Shown piece after piece: positions 26,959-36,169 of a stretch of DNA of 64,000 nt. The notes under the pieces are model-generated. The model was not told the DNA's origin. It was given only the letters and a program-made list of their open reading frames with translations, and made no database searches. The position numbers and the translations under genes were made by a program. How positions within the stretch are numbered: the first letter of the stretch is position 1; every line of letters begins with the position of its first letter. Source of the stretch: an uncultured Bacteroidales bacterium (GTDB lineage: Bacteria > Bacteroidota > Bacteroidia > Bacteroidales > UBA10428); assembly GCA_963822145.1 (NCBI GenBank), contig CAWGGG010000004.1, positions 1,659,839-1,723,838 of the forward strand, in the 5' to 3' direction.

Positions 26959-28998
26959 TTAATGGTTTATTACAGAGGCTTCTGCTGGTTTATCAGCTTC
27001 TTCTTCATATTCGGGCGAGCGTAATGATTTGAGATATTCTATCAGGTTGTTGAGGTCAATTTTCGTAAGATCATTTAAAGCGCCATGACGCTCATCCTTG
27101 CCGTAAATTGTCCATATCTCCTCGAGTGTTGCTGCTCTGCCGTCGTGCAGGTAAGGCGCCGAAGCATATATATTGTTTAAATGGGGTGTATCAAATAAGA
27201 TGGAATCGTCGGTTGCTGCCAGTGTTCCTACATCCGCGGGTTGCAGATTTGTATAATACGGAGGCGGATGACAGGTAATGCAACGATTTTTAACTGGAAT
27301 TTCCTGACCGTAATTATTATGTGTGCGCTCAAAAATAGCCTTGCCACTTTGCTGTGCTTTGGTTAATTTTCCGCCGGGATTGTATTGAAGATTTGGCGGA
27401 TAGGGAATCCCGGTGAGGATATAGGACACCAGTGCATCGAGTTTGTCGTAACTAAAGGGTTCGGTTCGGGTTAGTACGGTTGAAAAACGCATGCCGTCCT
27501 GCTTGTAAACCGTCTGGTTCTTACCGTTCCATTTAAAAGGAGGTGTTTCTGAAATATCGCGGAGTGACTGGGTATTGGTAATGTTCCGGCCCATGTCCTT
27601 CGATGCCATATTATACACAAGACCGTCTTCATGCACATCCGGATGACAGGTATAGCATGCATATTGAGTCTGGAAAGTGCCTCCTGCATTATTCAGTATT
27701 CTTCTTCCTTTCCGGGCTACTGTCACCCTGCGTGGCCCGCCCAGATCAATGGTCTTTTCCATTTCCAGTGTTGCGGTATTAATAACAGCAATCCGGTCCT
27801 CCAGATGTTCAGCCACATATAACAGTTTTCCGTCAGATGACATGGCAAGCCCTTTCGGATTCGCTCCCGTGGGGATACGTTTGATCACATAACGGCTGCT
27901 GATGCCGAGATGATTGGCATAGATCTTCAGCTCATCATCAGATGATTCTGCCAGCAAGGTCCGGATGGCATCGATGTCAAGCACGGAAATAAAATCCACT
28001 CCTGAACTGGAGATAAAAGCTCGTTTACCGTCGGGTGTTATGGCAACATCGAACGGATCGGGGTAATACGCATTGGGTTCGTCCAGCAGCAGCTGTACCG
28101 TCCTTCCTCCGGGTTTTAATTCAATGATTCCAAAACCGTGAGTCATCATCCATCCCCTGTCTACCTGAATGGTGGGCATATTGTTCTTGGGACGTATCAG
28201 GGGAAATATGGCCAGATCGCATGATGGTGTAAATGCTATGTTCTCCATCATGTAGGCCGACCTGATGCCCCTGCGTTCCACGATCCTCCGTTTGTCATCG
28301 TTCACCACGGTCAATTCGCAGATCACCGTATCATCATAGGGGCGGCCCATGGTCCGCCGGCTGGTGACAAACAGGGAACTTCCGTCAGGAGTCGCGCCAA
28401 TTCCGGTCGGATTATTACCGGCAGTGAGCCTTTTTTCCTCTTCTTTGGTTTTCAGGTTGATCACCGAAAGGTCAGAAGTATAGGAATTCACTGCATACAG
28501 ATACTTTCCGTCAGCACTCAGGGCCAAACCTGCCGGACCACCGCCGGTCCTCAGGGTATCCTTTACCTCAAATCCGGAAAGATCAATGACGGATATATTA
28601 TCTGACCATTGGTTGCTGACATAGGCCGTGCTTTCATCTTTATCAAGAATAACACTGTGGGGCTGATCACCTACCTTGATTTTACGGATAACCTTTTGGT
28701 TTTCAGTATCTACTACCAGCAAAGCATCGCCTTCCTCGGCAACTACGTATAACTTTTTACCATCCTTAGTAATAGCCAGGTTGAAAGGAGAATAGTAATC
28801 CGCATTGACCATTTTTGCCAGGAGTCCGCTTTTCTGTTTATACAAATGGCAATTATAACAGGCAAGCGGGTGATCCTCCACAGCCGTTTGGTAGTTCACA
28901 TGTGCCCTGGCCAGTTTATGTGCTTTCGGATATATCAGTGAAACAGCCAGAATAAGTATGCCTGCTGTGGTTAAAAGAATATAGTGATGTCTTTTCAT
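26959..28998 (-). CDS. Tri-heme protein: N-terminal CxxCH + YVTN-type beta-propeller + C-terminal di-heme cytochrome c peroxidase/MauG-like domain
   Basis: Signal anchor. CYNCH at 28846-28860, CYTCH at 27643-27657, CITCH at 27268-27282. The last is followed by the CCP-typical FDTPHLNNIYASAPYLHDG. The middle has repeated D.K.LYV.N..S..ISVID-type propeller blades. Confidence 0.8.
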   Translation of the reverse strand: MKRHHYILLTTAGILILAVSLIYPKAHKLARAHVNYQTAVEDHPLACYNCHLYKQKSGLLAKMVNADYYSPFNLAITKDGKKLYVVAEEGDALLVVDTENQKVIRKIKVGDQPHSVILDKDESTAYVSNQWSDNISVIDLSGFEVKDTLRTGGGPAGLALSADGKYLYAVNSYTSDLSVINLKTKEEEKRLTAGNNPTGIGATPDGSSLFVTSRRTMGRPYDDTVICELTVVNDDKRRIVERRGIRSAYMMENIAFTPSCDLAIFPLIRPKNNMPTIQVDRGWMMTHGFGIIELKPGGRTVQLLLDEPNAYYPDPFDVAITPDGKRAFISSSGVDFISVLDIDAIRTLLAESSDDELKIYANHLGISSRYVIKRIPTGANPKGLAMSSDGKLLYVAEHLEDRIAVINTATLEMEKTIDLGGPRRVTVARKGRRILNNAGGTFQTQYACYTCHPDVHEDGLVYNMASKDMGRNITNTQSLRDISETPPFKWNGKNQTVYKQDGMRFSTVLTRTEPFSYDKLDALVSYILTGIPYPPNLQYNPGGKLTKAQQSGKAIFERTHNNYGQEIPVKNRCITCHPPPYYTNLQPADVGTLAATDDSILFDTPHLNNIYASAPYLHDGRAATLEEIWTIYGKDERHGALNDLTKIDLNNLIEYLKSLRSPEYEEEADKPAEASVINH

Positions 28999-29000
28999 AA

Positions 29001-30437
29001 TTATTCCAATTCAACTTCTTTTTCAGTGACTTCGGTGATATGTACGGGTATATTAACCGGGTCCTTTTTTACTGACAGGGGTACATTGTTTTCAGGCGCC
29101 AGTTCGTGATCTTCGTGACAACCCACACACCCTCTTCTTTCATTAGGCCGTATCCATATCCAGGAGCAAGGACCGTTTACCACCTTACCGTCCTCATCCA
29201 GGGTCTGTATCCGGAAAGGGGTGTCGGCCATCGCCTTTAAATAAAATGACCCGTCCTCTTCAACCGTAATGATCCCCAGGGAAGAATTCAACCCGAGCAC
29301 TTCAATCTTGCTGGCCTTTTTACCAGATGACTGAGTTTCCGCGAAGCCGGGGTCAAGGATATGAATATCCTGGCAAAGCAGCAATCCGGTTTTTACCCCC
29401 ATGTCCACCTCGCTCGGCAGCTTTTTGGGACGGGCCCTTACTTCAACCACCAATGCATCCAGGATATCATGATCGGCAGAAGCAAAGACAGGCTGACCAA
29501 GAACCTTTTTTTTCGGATCAAATTCGTAAAGGGCGAACCGTTCGGTATCAGCCTTTCGGTATGTCACCAGGTACTTTCCTGAGGAATGCACTGACACTGT
29601 GAGAAAATCGCCTTTGAGGCCGGAGGTGAGATTGATGCGTGAATTTAGCGGCCGGTTATAGCTAATTGAGACCATGTGCCCTGATCCGGAGTGTGCGCTG
29701 TCAGTTTCGATAAAAACGATTTTCCCGTCTGCAGTTTCCGCGGCGCGTCCTAATAATGACGTATTTTCCGATCCTTTGTAAAACATGTCCGCTTTTGTTC
29801 CGTCGGGACGCATGACCATCATTAACTGTTCTTCCGGAGCAGGAAATAATTGCCGGCTGACAGTCAAAAGGCGGCCATCATGCAACGTGCTGGATGCGAA
29901 ATAGCAGTTCGGGCTATAAGTGATCCGCTGCATACCTGAACCATCCAGGTTACCGGCATAGAGTGAATATCCTGCCTTCAGCGAATCATTTGCCAGTATT
30001 TTACTGTATAATAATCGGTTACCTGGCAGATAAACAGGATCCGTACAGTGATCACCCGATGTGGTGATCTGTCTTACCGATGAATTCCCAAGATCCATCT
30101 CCCATATCTGCCATACATCTCCCTCCTTCTGCTGCCCGGCAAACAGCATGGATTTACCATCATAGGAGATATCGGGTGAGCAGGCTGAATAAAACCCCGC
30201 GGTAAGCAACTTTGGTGATTTTCCAGGATTGTTTGGATGCACCGCCAGCAGACGGGCTCCGGGAATATACCGCCAGGATGCGCCTGAGATGTAATCGGGA
30301 TTACCGGCTTTTTCTGCACATTCAGTTATGATAATCATATCCGTCACCGGTTTGCCCTTACAGGATAACATGATAAGACCTGAGAATCCAACAGTTACCA
30401 GGCTTGCGAGTGAGATAACAAGTAATCTTAGCTTCAT
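29001..30437 (-). CDS. TolB/PD40-like beta-propeller lipoprotein with C-terminal c-type heme motif
   Basis: ATG 30437 gives MKLRLLVISLASLVTVGFSGLIMLSC (lipobox); the track start 30449 is TTG. SPDISYDGKSMLFAG...WQIWEMDL is a PD40-like blade. CVGCH is encoded at 29115-29129. Confidence 0.65.
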   Translation of the reverse strand: MKLRLLVISLASLVTVGFSGLIMLSCKGKPVTDMIIITECAEKAGNPDYISGASWRYIPGARLLAVHPNNPGKSPKLLTAGFYSACSPDISYDGKSMLFAGQQKEGDVWQIWEMDLGNSSVRQITTSGDHCTDPVYLPGNRLLYSKILANDSLKAGYSLYAGNLDGSGMQRITYSPNCYFASSTLHDGRLLTVSRQLFPAPEEQLMMVMRPDGTKADMFYKGSENTSLLGRAAETADGKIVFIETDSAHSGSGHMVSISYNRPLNSRINLTSGLKGDFLTVSVHSSGKYLVTYRKADTERFALYEFDPKKKVLGQPVFASADHDILDALVVEVRARPKKLPSEVDMGVKTGLLLCQDIHILDPGFAETQSSGKKASKIEVLGLNSSLGIITVEEDGSFYLKAMADTPFRIQTLDEDGKVVNGPCSWIWIRPNERRGCVGCHEDHELAPENNVPLSVKKDPVNIPVHITEVTEKEVELE

Positions 30438-30445
30438 GCAACTGA

Positions 30446-32152
30446 TCAATTAGGTTCTGTTATAGTAAGGATCTGGTTGGCTTTGGTATTATCCAGGGTC
30501 TGGGTTTTTCCGGAAGGCCATTTTATTTCGATCTTTTCTACCACTTCATTCTTTGCCAGGCCAAAATGCATCCTCGGATCATTCTGGGATAAATAGCCAA
30601 CGGTACTTTTCTTCTGGGCTGTCTGGGTTTTGCCTCCGGATGTTATTTTAACAATGGCGCCTATGCCATCGTGGTTACTTGAGGTGCCAACCAACTTAAG
30701 GATCAGCCAGTTATTCTGGTTACCCTTGTTATTGCGTAAAAACATCGCGCGGTTGTTGAGGTTGACAATAAAAACATCCAGATCCCCATCATTATCATAA
30801 TCTCCAATGCAGGTACCGCGTCCGACATACTCCTGATGGAAATATGCTCCCCTTTCCAGTGAAATATCCGTAAACTTACCGTTACCCAGGTTTTCAAAAA
30901 TCTGGTCCTCATGTCCGTACAGATGCTTCAGGGCGCCATTGGTTTTATAAATATCCATGTCCATATCATTGTCATAATCAATAAAGGAGGACGACCAGCC
31001 CACAAATTGAGCTGCCTGGGAGGAAATCCCTACCGGATTGGCTTTATCTGTGAATACACCATTACCCAGATTTTCATATAATGAACAGTAGGTATCATCT
31101 GAAACAAATATGTCCATCAGCCCGTCTCCGTTATAATCAGCAAAATCAACCGACATGCTTACAGTAGCTTCACCACCCTGACTGAAAGCAGTGCCCGACA
31201 TCGTTCCGATATCGGTGAACTTTTTGCCCGCTTCGTTATGCCAGAGGTAATTCAAGGTATGATCGTTGGCAACGTAAATGTCAACAAAGCCATCATTGTC
31301 CACATCGGCTGCCCCAACGCCCATAGCCCTGCCATCCATATCAATGATGCCCATGGCCTGTGTGACGTCTTTAAAAGTACCGTCTCCGTTATTATGATAC
31401 AATACGTCTGGTTCGGCCTCGTAAGCCATTGGGGGCGGGAAACCGTCGGGAGCATAAAAATATTTGTAATCAGGGTCAAATTCAAGATAATTGCCCACAT
31501 AAAGATCGAGGAAACTGTCATTATCGTAATCTAACCATACGGCACCTACGCTGCAGGTATGATCTCCAGCAACACCGGCCTTTTCGGTGACATTGGTGAA
31601 AGTCCCGTTTCCTTTGTTCCTGTAAAGCACATTATGGCCATAATTGCAAACATACAGATCGGGATATCCATTGTTGTCATAGTCCCCTACTGAAACGCCC
31701 ATGCTGTACCAGGGTCCGCCCACACCGGCTTTTCTGGTCACATCCTCAAAAGTGCCGTCACCCCTGTTGCGATAGAGACGATTGCCCGGAAGCTGGTCAG
31801 GCTTTTCGCTTTTGGTGAAGCCTTCGATCCAGGTGCCACTGGTTACATAAATATCAATGTATCCGTCCTGGTCATAATCAAGAAATGCCGTACCACCACA
31901 ACTTGATTCAACGATGTTCAGCAGTTCGGTGCCACCAATCGAATGGACAAAATCCAACCCGATCTGTTCTCCTATTTCCTGGAAGTAATCATCATTTGCC
32001 GCCGGAAGGGTTGCTGCCGGTTTCTTAGAGCCAGAGGATCTATTGTCGGACTGACATCCGGACAGGACCAGCAACATAACGAACAGGAGAACATATAGCC
32101 TCCCGATGACATTTCTGATACCCGCACTTTTTTTCAACCTTAAGCAAACCAT
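30446..32152 (-). CDS. FG-GAP/VCBS + ASPIC/UnbV lipoprotein (CRTAC1-like), 568 aa
   Basis: Lipobox (VLSGC). Repeats DYDQDGYIDIY, DYDNNGYPDLY, DVDNDGFVDIY, DYDNDGDLDVF. UnbV signature GIGAIVKITSGGKTQ...YLSQNDPRMHFGL...IEIKWPSG. Confidence 0.85.
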   Translation of the reverse strand: MVCLRLKKSAGIRNVIGRLYVLLFVMLLVLSGCQSDNRSSGSKKPAATLPAANDDYFQEIGEQIGLDFVHSIGGTELLNIVESSCGGTAFLDYDQDGYIDIYVTSGTWIEGFTKSEKPDQLPGNRLYRNRGDGTFEDVTRKAGVGGPWYSMGVSVGDYDNNGYPDLYVCNYGHNVLYRNKGNGTFTNVTEKAGVAGDHTCSVGAVWLDYDNDSFLDLYVGNYLEFDPDYKYFYAPDGFPPPMAYEAEPDVLYHNNGDGTFKDVTQAMGIIDMDGRAMGVGAADVDNDGFVDIYVANDHTLNYLWHNEAGKKFTDIGTMSGTAFSQGGEATVSMSVDFADYNGDGLMDIFVSDDTYCSLYENLGNGVFTDKANPVGISSQAAQFVGWSSSFIDYDNDMDMDIYKTNGALKHLYGHEDQIFENLGNGKFTDISLERGAYFHQEYVGRGTCIGDYDNDGDLDVFIVNLNNRAMFLRNNKGNQNNWLILKLVGTSSNHDGIGAIVKITSGGKTQTAQKKSTVGYLSQNDPRMHFGLAKNEVVEKIEIKWPSGKTQTLDNTKANQILTITEPN

Positions 32153-32235
32153 TATATGACTGTGTTTTTGTTAATAATGAATTTATCTGTGCAATATAGC
32201 CATGGCACATCAGGCCTGTTTAGTTTAAAGCGTCG

Positions 32236-32243
32236 CAAATATA
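32236..32243 (-). promoter_or_regulatory. Possible -7 promoter box (TATATTTG) for the 32152->14607 cluster
   Basis: The minus strand reads TATATTTG, fitting TAnnTTTG, 84 nt upstream of ATG 32152. No convincing -33 element was found. Confidence 0.25.
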
Positions 32244-32554
32244 TAAATTTCGGCATCATGTCGGAGCTAACTTTCATCATGATGAATGTAAAACTCCCTA
32301 ATATGAGTATAGGTAAGGCCTATCTGTTCTGACTGCTGAAATATACCTGAACAAGAATACACCTTACCTATACAATGTGACATGAACTATGCAAACTTAC
32401 CAAAGAAACCAGACCTAAAAATTCACTAACCCTATTGATTAACCTTAACCGTAACAAGATTACGGAATAGCTGTTAAAAAGAGATTAAAAGAAAATTAAA
32501 AGAGAATTAAATATTGAGGCTTAAAATGTCAGGTCATCAAACCCAATGGAAGAT

Positions 32555-33922
32555 TCAAACGGTTGGGAGTAATATGAAAACTGTAGTCCCTTTTCCGATT
32601 TGTGAGGACAGGTTCAGGCTTCCATTATGCATTTTAATGATCTGATTAACAAGGGGAAGTCCAATACCACTACCTGATATGGAATGGGTATTGCTGCCCC
32701 GGTAAAAGGGTTCAAAGACTTTATTAATATCATCCTCAGGAATGCCGATACCTTTATCGGTAAACTGCACTTTAATCCATTTCTCAAAAGGTTCGATCCT
32801 GATGCTTACCATGTGATCGGCTGAGTACTTGCAGGCATTATCAATAAGGTTGGAAACAGCCACTTTGAGCAGGTATTCATCACCCGCCACGGTCATCTGA
32901 TCTGAATCAGTTAGAGCATTGTCAATGGCAATAGTAACCTGGTATTGGTTATTGAATCGCTTGATCTCTTCCTGGGCCTGCCAAAGGATTTCATCCAACC
33001 TGATCATTTTATTAAAATTCAATGGCCCTTCAGCACTGGTGCGTGCAATGAGCAGCAACCTGTTGGAGAGGTCGATCAGCGATTTGATGTCATCCAGCAC
33101 AGATACCAGGGCCGCCTTGTACTCCGCGGTTGACCTGTCCTTCATGACCAGCACCTCCAGTTGGCCATTAATGGAGGTAAGGGGCGTGCGGAGTTCATGC
33201 GAGGCATTTGCAATAAAATCCTTCTGCATGGCAAATGACTTCTCCAAACGCTCAAGCACCCGGTTGAAGGTATTGGCAAGTCTGCTGATCTCGTCCCTGC
33301 CATTGCCCTCAGGAACCCTCAGGTTCAGACTGGTTATTGTAATCTTTTCCACCTGGTTGACCACATCGGAAATCGGTTTAAGGGCCCTTCCTGAATAAAA
33401 CCATCCTGCAATGGCAAACAGCAGCAAACTGAACAGAGAGGTCAGGGTGAGTATCATCCTCAGCTTTTTAAGGTGCGACTGGCCGGCCGTATCAGTTGCA
33501 GCTGCAATGACCACAAAACGGTCTAATTTCGCTGTGTATAACGTTCCCATAACTTCATAAGAACCCTGCTTATAAAAAATTCTTTCAAACATCCTCACCC
33601 GCTCGAGGATATCATTTCTGATATCAATTTCCGATTTTTCATCCGAGCTGTAAATGATATCGTTGCGGTAATTAAGAATAATGACCTTTTCGTTTTGCAG
33701 CTTAACCGGGTTATCCTTTTCAAACCTCCTGACACGCTCGGCATCAATCACGTTGGCATCCAGGAGAAATTTGGCCGTGCTTCTGGCATTGTTCCTGAGC
33801 CGGTTATAGAAGTCCTCCTGCCGGAAATTTGCAGAAAAGAAGTAAATGGCAAATGACACGAGGATCATGATCATACCTCCCAGCAGGAGGAACTGCAATG
33901 TCAAACGGGTCCTGATCTGCAT
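32555..33922 (-). CDS. Sensor histidine kinase (2 TM + HAMP + HisKA + HATPase_c)
   Basis: Likely start is ATG 33922, 1 nt after the RR stop. H-box NASHELRTPLT. Also N-box and G-boxes (DNACKY, DKGIGI, GSGIGL). Confidence 0.88.
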   Translation of the reverse strand: MQIRTRLTLQFLLLGGMIMILVSFAIYFFSANFRQEDFYNRLRNNARSTAKFLLDANVIDAERVRRFEKDNPVKLQNEKVIILNYRNDIIYSSDEKSEIDIRNDILERVRMFERIFYKQGSYEVMGTLYTAKLDRFVVIAAATDTAGQSHLKKLRMILTLTSLFSLLLFAIAGWFYSGRALKPISDVVNQVEKITITSLNLRVPEGNGRDEISRLANTFNRVLERLEKSFAMQKDFIANASHELRTPLTSINGQLEVLVMKDRSTAEYKAALVSVLDDIKSLIDLSNRLLLIARTSAEGPLNFNKMIRLDEILWQAQEEIKRFNNQYQVTIAIDNALTDSDQMTVAGDEYLLKVAVSNLIDNACKYSADHMVSIRIEPFEKWIKVQFTDKGIGIPEDDINKVFEPFYRGSNTHSISGSGIGLPLVNQIIKMHNGSLNLSSQIGKGTTVFILLPTV

Positions 33923-33923
33923 G

Positions 33924-34601
33924 CTATGAATCTCTGAAAATATAACCAAATCCAACCTTGGTCTGGATCAGCTTTTTATCAAATCCTTTATCGATCTTCT
34001 TGCGCAGGAAGTTAACATAAACATCCACCACGTTAGTGCCGAAATCAAAAGTAACATCCCATACTTTTTCGGCAATGTCATTCCTCGACAAGACCCGTCC
34101 GCTGTTCCTCATAAAATACTCAAGAAGGGAGAATTCCTTGGCAGTCAGCTCAATAGATGTACTGCCTCTCCGGGCGACTTTTCTATTCAGGTCAAGCTCC
34201 AGTTCCCCTACGATCAGCTTGTTCGTGGTGTCCTGCGTCTGATCTCCTTTTTTCAACAATACCTTGACCCTGGCAAGCAATTCTCTGAATTCAAATGGCT
34301 TAACAAGATAGTCATCGGCACCTGCCTCAAATCCTGTAATTTTATCATCGGTTGTACCCAAGGCCGTGAGCAACAGCACCGGCAGGTGGTCATTCATCAT
34401 TTTGAGTCTTTTGCACAGTTCCAGACCGCTGATGCCGGGCAGTATGATATCCAGGATGAAGAGATCATATTTATTCTGCTGTGCCAATTTCTCCGCAAAT
34501 ACACCATCATAAGCCACATCAGCCTCATAGTGGTTTTCTTCAAGTCCCATCTTCAAAAACGATGCTACCTTCGGTTCGTCCTCTACAATTAATATCTTCA
34601 T
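33924..34601 (-). CDS. OmpR/PhoB-family response regulator
   Basis: Receiver domain (MKILIVEDE...DLFILDIILPGISG...LLLTA..., K in YLVKPF) plus a winged-helix DNA-binding domain (LTAKEFSLLEYFM...GFGY). Confidence 0.92.
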   Translation of the reverse strand: MKILIVEDEPKVASFLKMGLEENHYEADVAYDGVFAEKLAQQNKYDLFILDIILPGISGLELCKRLKMMNDHLPVLLLTALGTTDDKITGFEAGADDYLVKPFEFRELLARVKVLLKKGDQTQDTTNKLIVGELELDLNRKVARRGSTSIELTAKEFSLLEYFMRNSGRVLSRNDIAEKVWDVTFDFGTNVVDVYVNFLRKKIDKGFDKKLIQTKVGFGYIFRDS

Positions 34602-34696
34602 GGATGTCAGCTAAAAATTGAATGCATATCGGTCAGACTGTCCTCAAGGAAGCAATATTACTAACTTTCAATTTAATTCGCCTCGTTGTTCAATAT

Positions 34697-36169
34697 TCAT
34701 TTATTAAATACTTCTTCCGCAAACCTTTTATAGAAAGCGGAATATCTTTCTCTGTTCACGCCTGGCTCAAATATTTCATAATGGCTTTCGATTGCAGAGA
34801 AAGCTTCCTCAAGGCTTTGATAAATGCCCACACCTGTCATGGCAACCATGGCTGCACCCAGTGCGGTAGTTTCTTTCATATCCAGCGCCTTCACAGGAAT
34901 ACCCGCTATATCAGCACGGATCTGGTTCCAGAGCGGATTTTTTGATCCACCCCCAACACATATTACATCGCGGGCCGTATAGCTGCCCACCTGCTGCAGT
35001 TTTTCAAGTCCGTATGTCAGGTAACAGCCCAGGGCTTCCAGTCCTGCCCGGTAAATATGCGCACGCGTGGTTTCATACCTGATCCCGCTGATACTCCCGG
35101 GTTTACCTGAGAATCCCCCGGGAAACAATTCCGGTACCAGGGCAAGACCATGACTTCCGGGGGGGATGGCAGCTGCTTCACGGATGATGTTTTCATAACG
35201 TGAACGATCATGGGTCAGGTGAGGGTATACAAGTCTGCTGATCCATTCCAGCACGCCCGATGCAACCCATTGAACGCCCGGATTCACCAAACCCGGTTGC
35301 GCATCCAGTTCAACGGTAATACCGGAATTCCGGGAGGGAATCTTCAGGGCATCAGCCCGGGCGCGTACCATAAGAATTTCCCAGGTACCAGAGCTCAGCA
35401 CCGGCTGATTGACCCCTGCCCCGGAGGCCAGAATGGCAAATTGGGTATCATGACCTGCAGCAACCACGGCCAGGCCTGACTTAACACCCAATGCCCCGGC
35501 TGCCTTCTCTGTCACAGTCCCGATAACCGTTCCAGGTTCTGTGAGCACAGGGAACACATCTGGTCGCAACCCCAGTGGGTTCAGAACAGCCTCGGAAAAA
35601 TTTCGATGCCTCAGATCGGTGAGCATGCTCGTGCCGGCCATGGTGGCATCGGTGATGAACTCTCCTGACAGCCGATGCAGGATCAGAGAAGGCATCATCA
35701 CATAGTAATCCATTTCCTGCAGGACATCCGGACGGTTTTCACGCAACCAGATGAGCTTGTTGATGGTGTTGAAATGATAGGATTGCAGGCCTGTGGTCTG
35801 GTACAACCATTCCTGATCATAATATTGTGGTATACTCTTTTCGATCCTTTCAGTGCGGTTGCACTGCCAGGAGATCACCGGATAGCAAAGGCTCCCGTCT
35901 TTTTTCATGGCTGCGCCGTCAACTCCGAAGGTGGTGACTGTCACCGCTTTAATTTCTGTTTCACTGACTATGGAGCAAACCTTTCTGCTGCAGGCGGACA
36001 GCTTGCTCCAGATGTCATCAATATCCCAGATCAGACCCCCTTCATGAAAAGGATCCGGCATCGTATTGTTAGGAAGGGAATGTGACGCTATGATATCTCC
36101 GGTGGTATCTACCAGGCATGCTTTCACGTTTGTGGCGCCACAGTCGAGGATGAGGATGGACTGCATCAT
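34697..36169 (-). CDS. FGGY-family carbohydrate kinase, L-fuculokinase (FucK)-like
   Basis: The N-terminal ILILDCGATNVKACLV closely resembles the FucK N-terminus. FGGY C-terminal motif is ICVGGGSKNPLWNQIRADI. Confidence 0.8.
   Translation of the reverse strand: MMQSILILDCGATNVKACLVDTTGDIIASHSLPNNTMPDPFHEGGLIWDIDDIWSKLSACSRKVCSIVSETEIKAVTVTTFGVDGAAMKKDGSLCYPVISWQCNRTERIEKSIPQYYDQEWLYQTTGLQSYHFNTINKLIWLRENRPDVLQEMDYYVMMPSLILHRLSGEFITDATMAGTSMLTDLRHRNFSEAVLNPLGLRPDVFPVLTEPGTVIGTVTEKAAGALGVKSGLAVVAAGHDTQFAILASGAGVNQPVLSSGTWEILMVRARADALKIPSRNSGITVELDAQPGLVNPGVQWVASGVLEWISRLVYPHLTHDRSRYENIIREAAAIPPGSHGLALVPELFPGGFSGKPGSISGIRYETTRAHIYRAGLEALGCYLTYGLEKLQQVGSYTARDVICVGGGSKNPLWNQIRADIAGIPVKALDMKETTALGAAMVAMTGVGIYQSLEEAFSAIESHYEIFEPGVNRERYSAFYKRFAEEVFNK

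Noticed and set aside
26959-30437. Literal hydrazine synthase / anammox metabolism.
   Set aside because: Only the domain logic is similar. The domain order differs, heme counts differ, no hydrazine dehydrogenase or other anammox genes are present, and the host is Bacteroidota-like. Reported as an architectural analogy only.
32258-32332. 24-codon + strand ORF (MSELTFIMMNVKLPNMSIGKAYLF) in the leader region upstream of the cluster.
   Set aside because: Very short, opposite in orientation to all neighbours, with no obvious translation signals. There is no way to support it from sequence alone.
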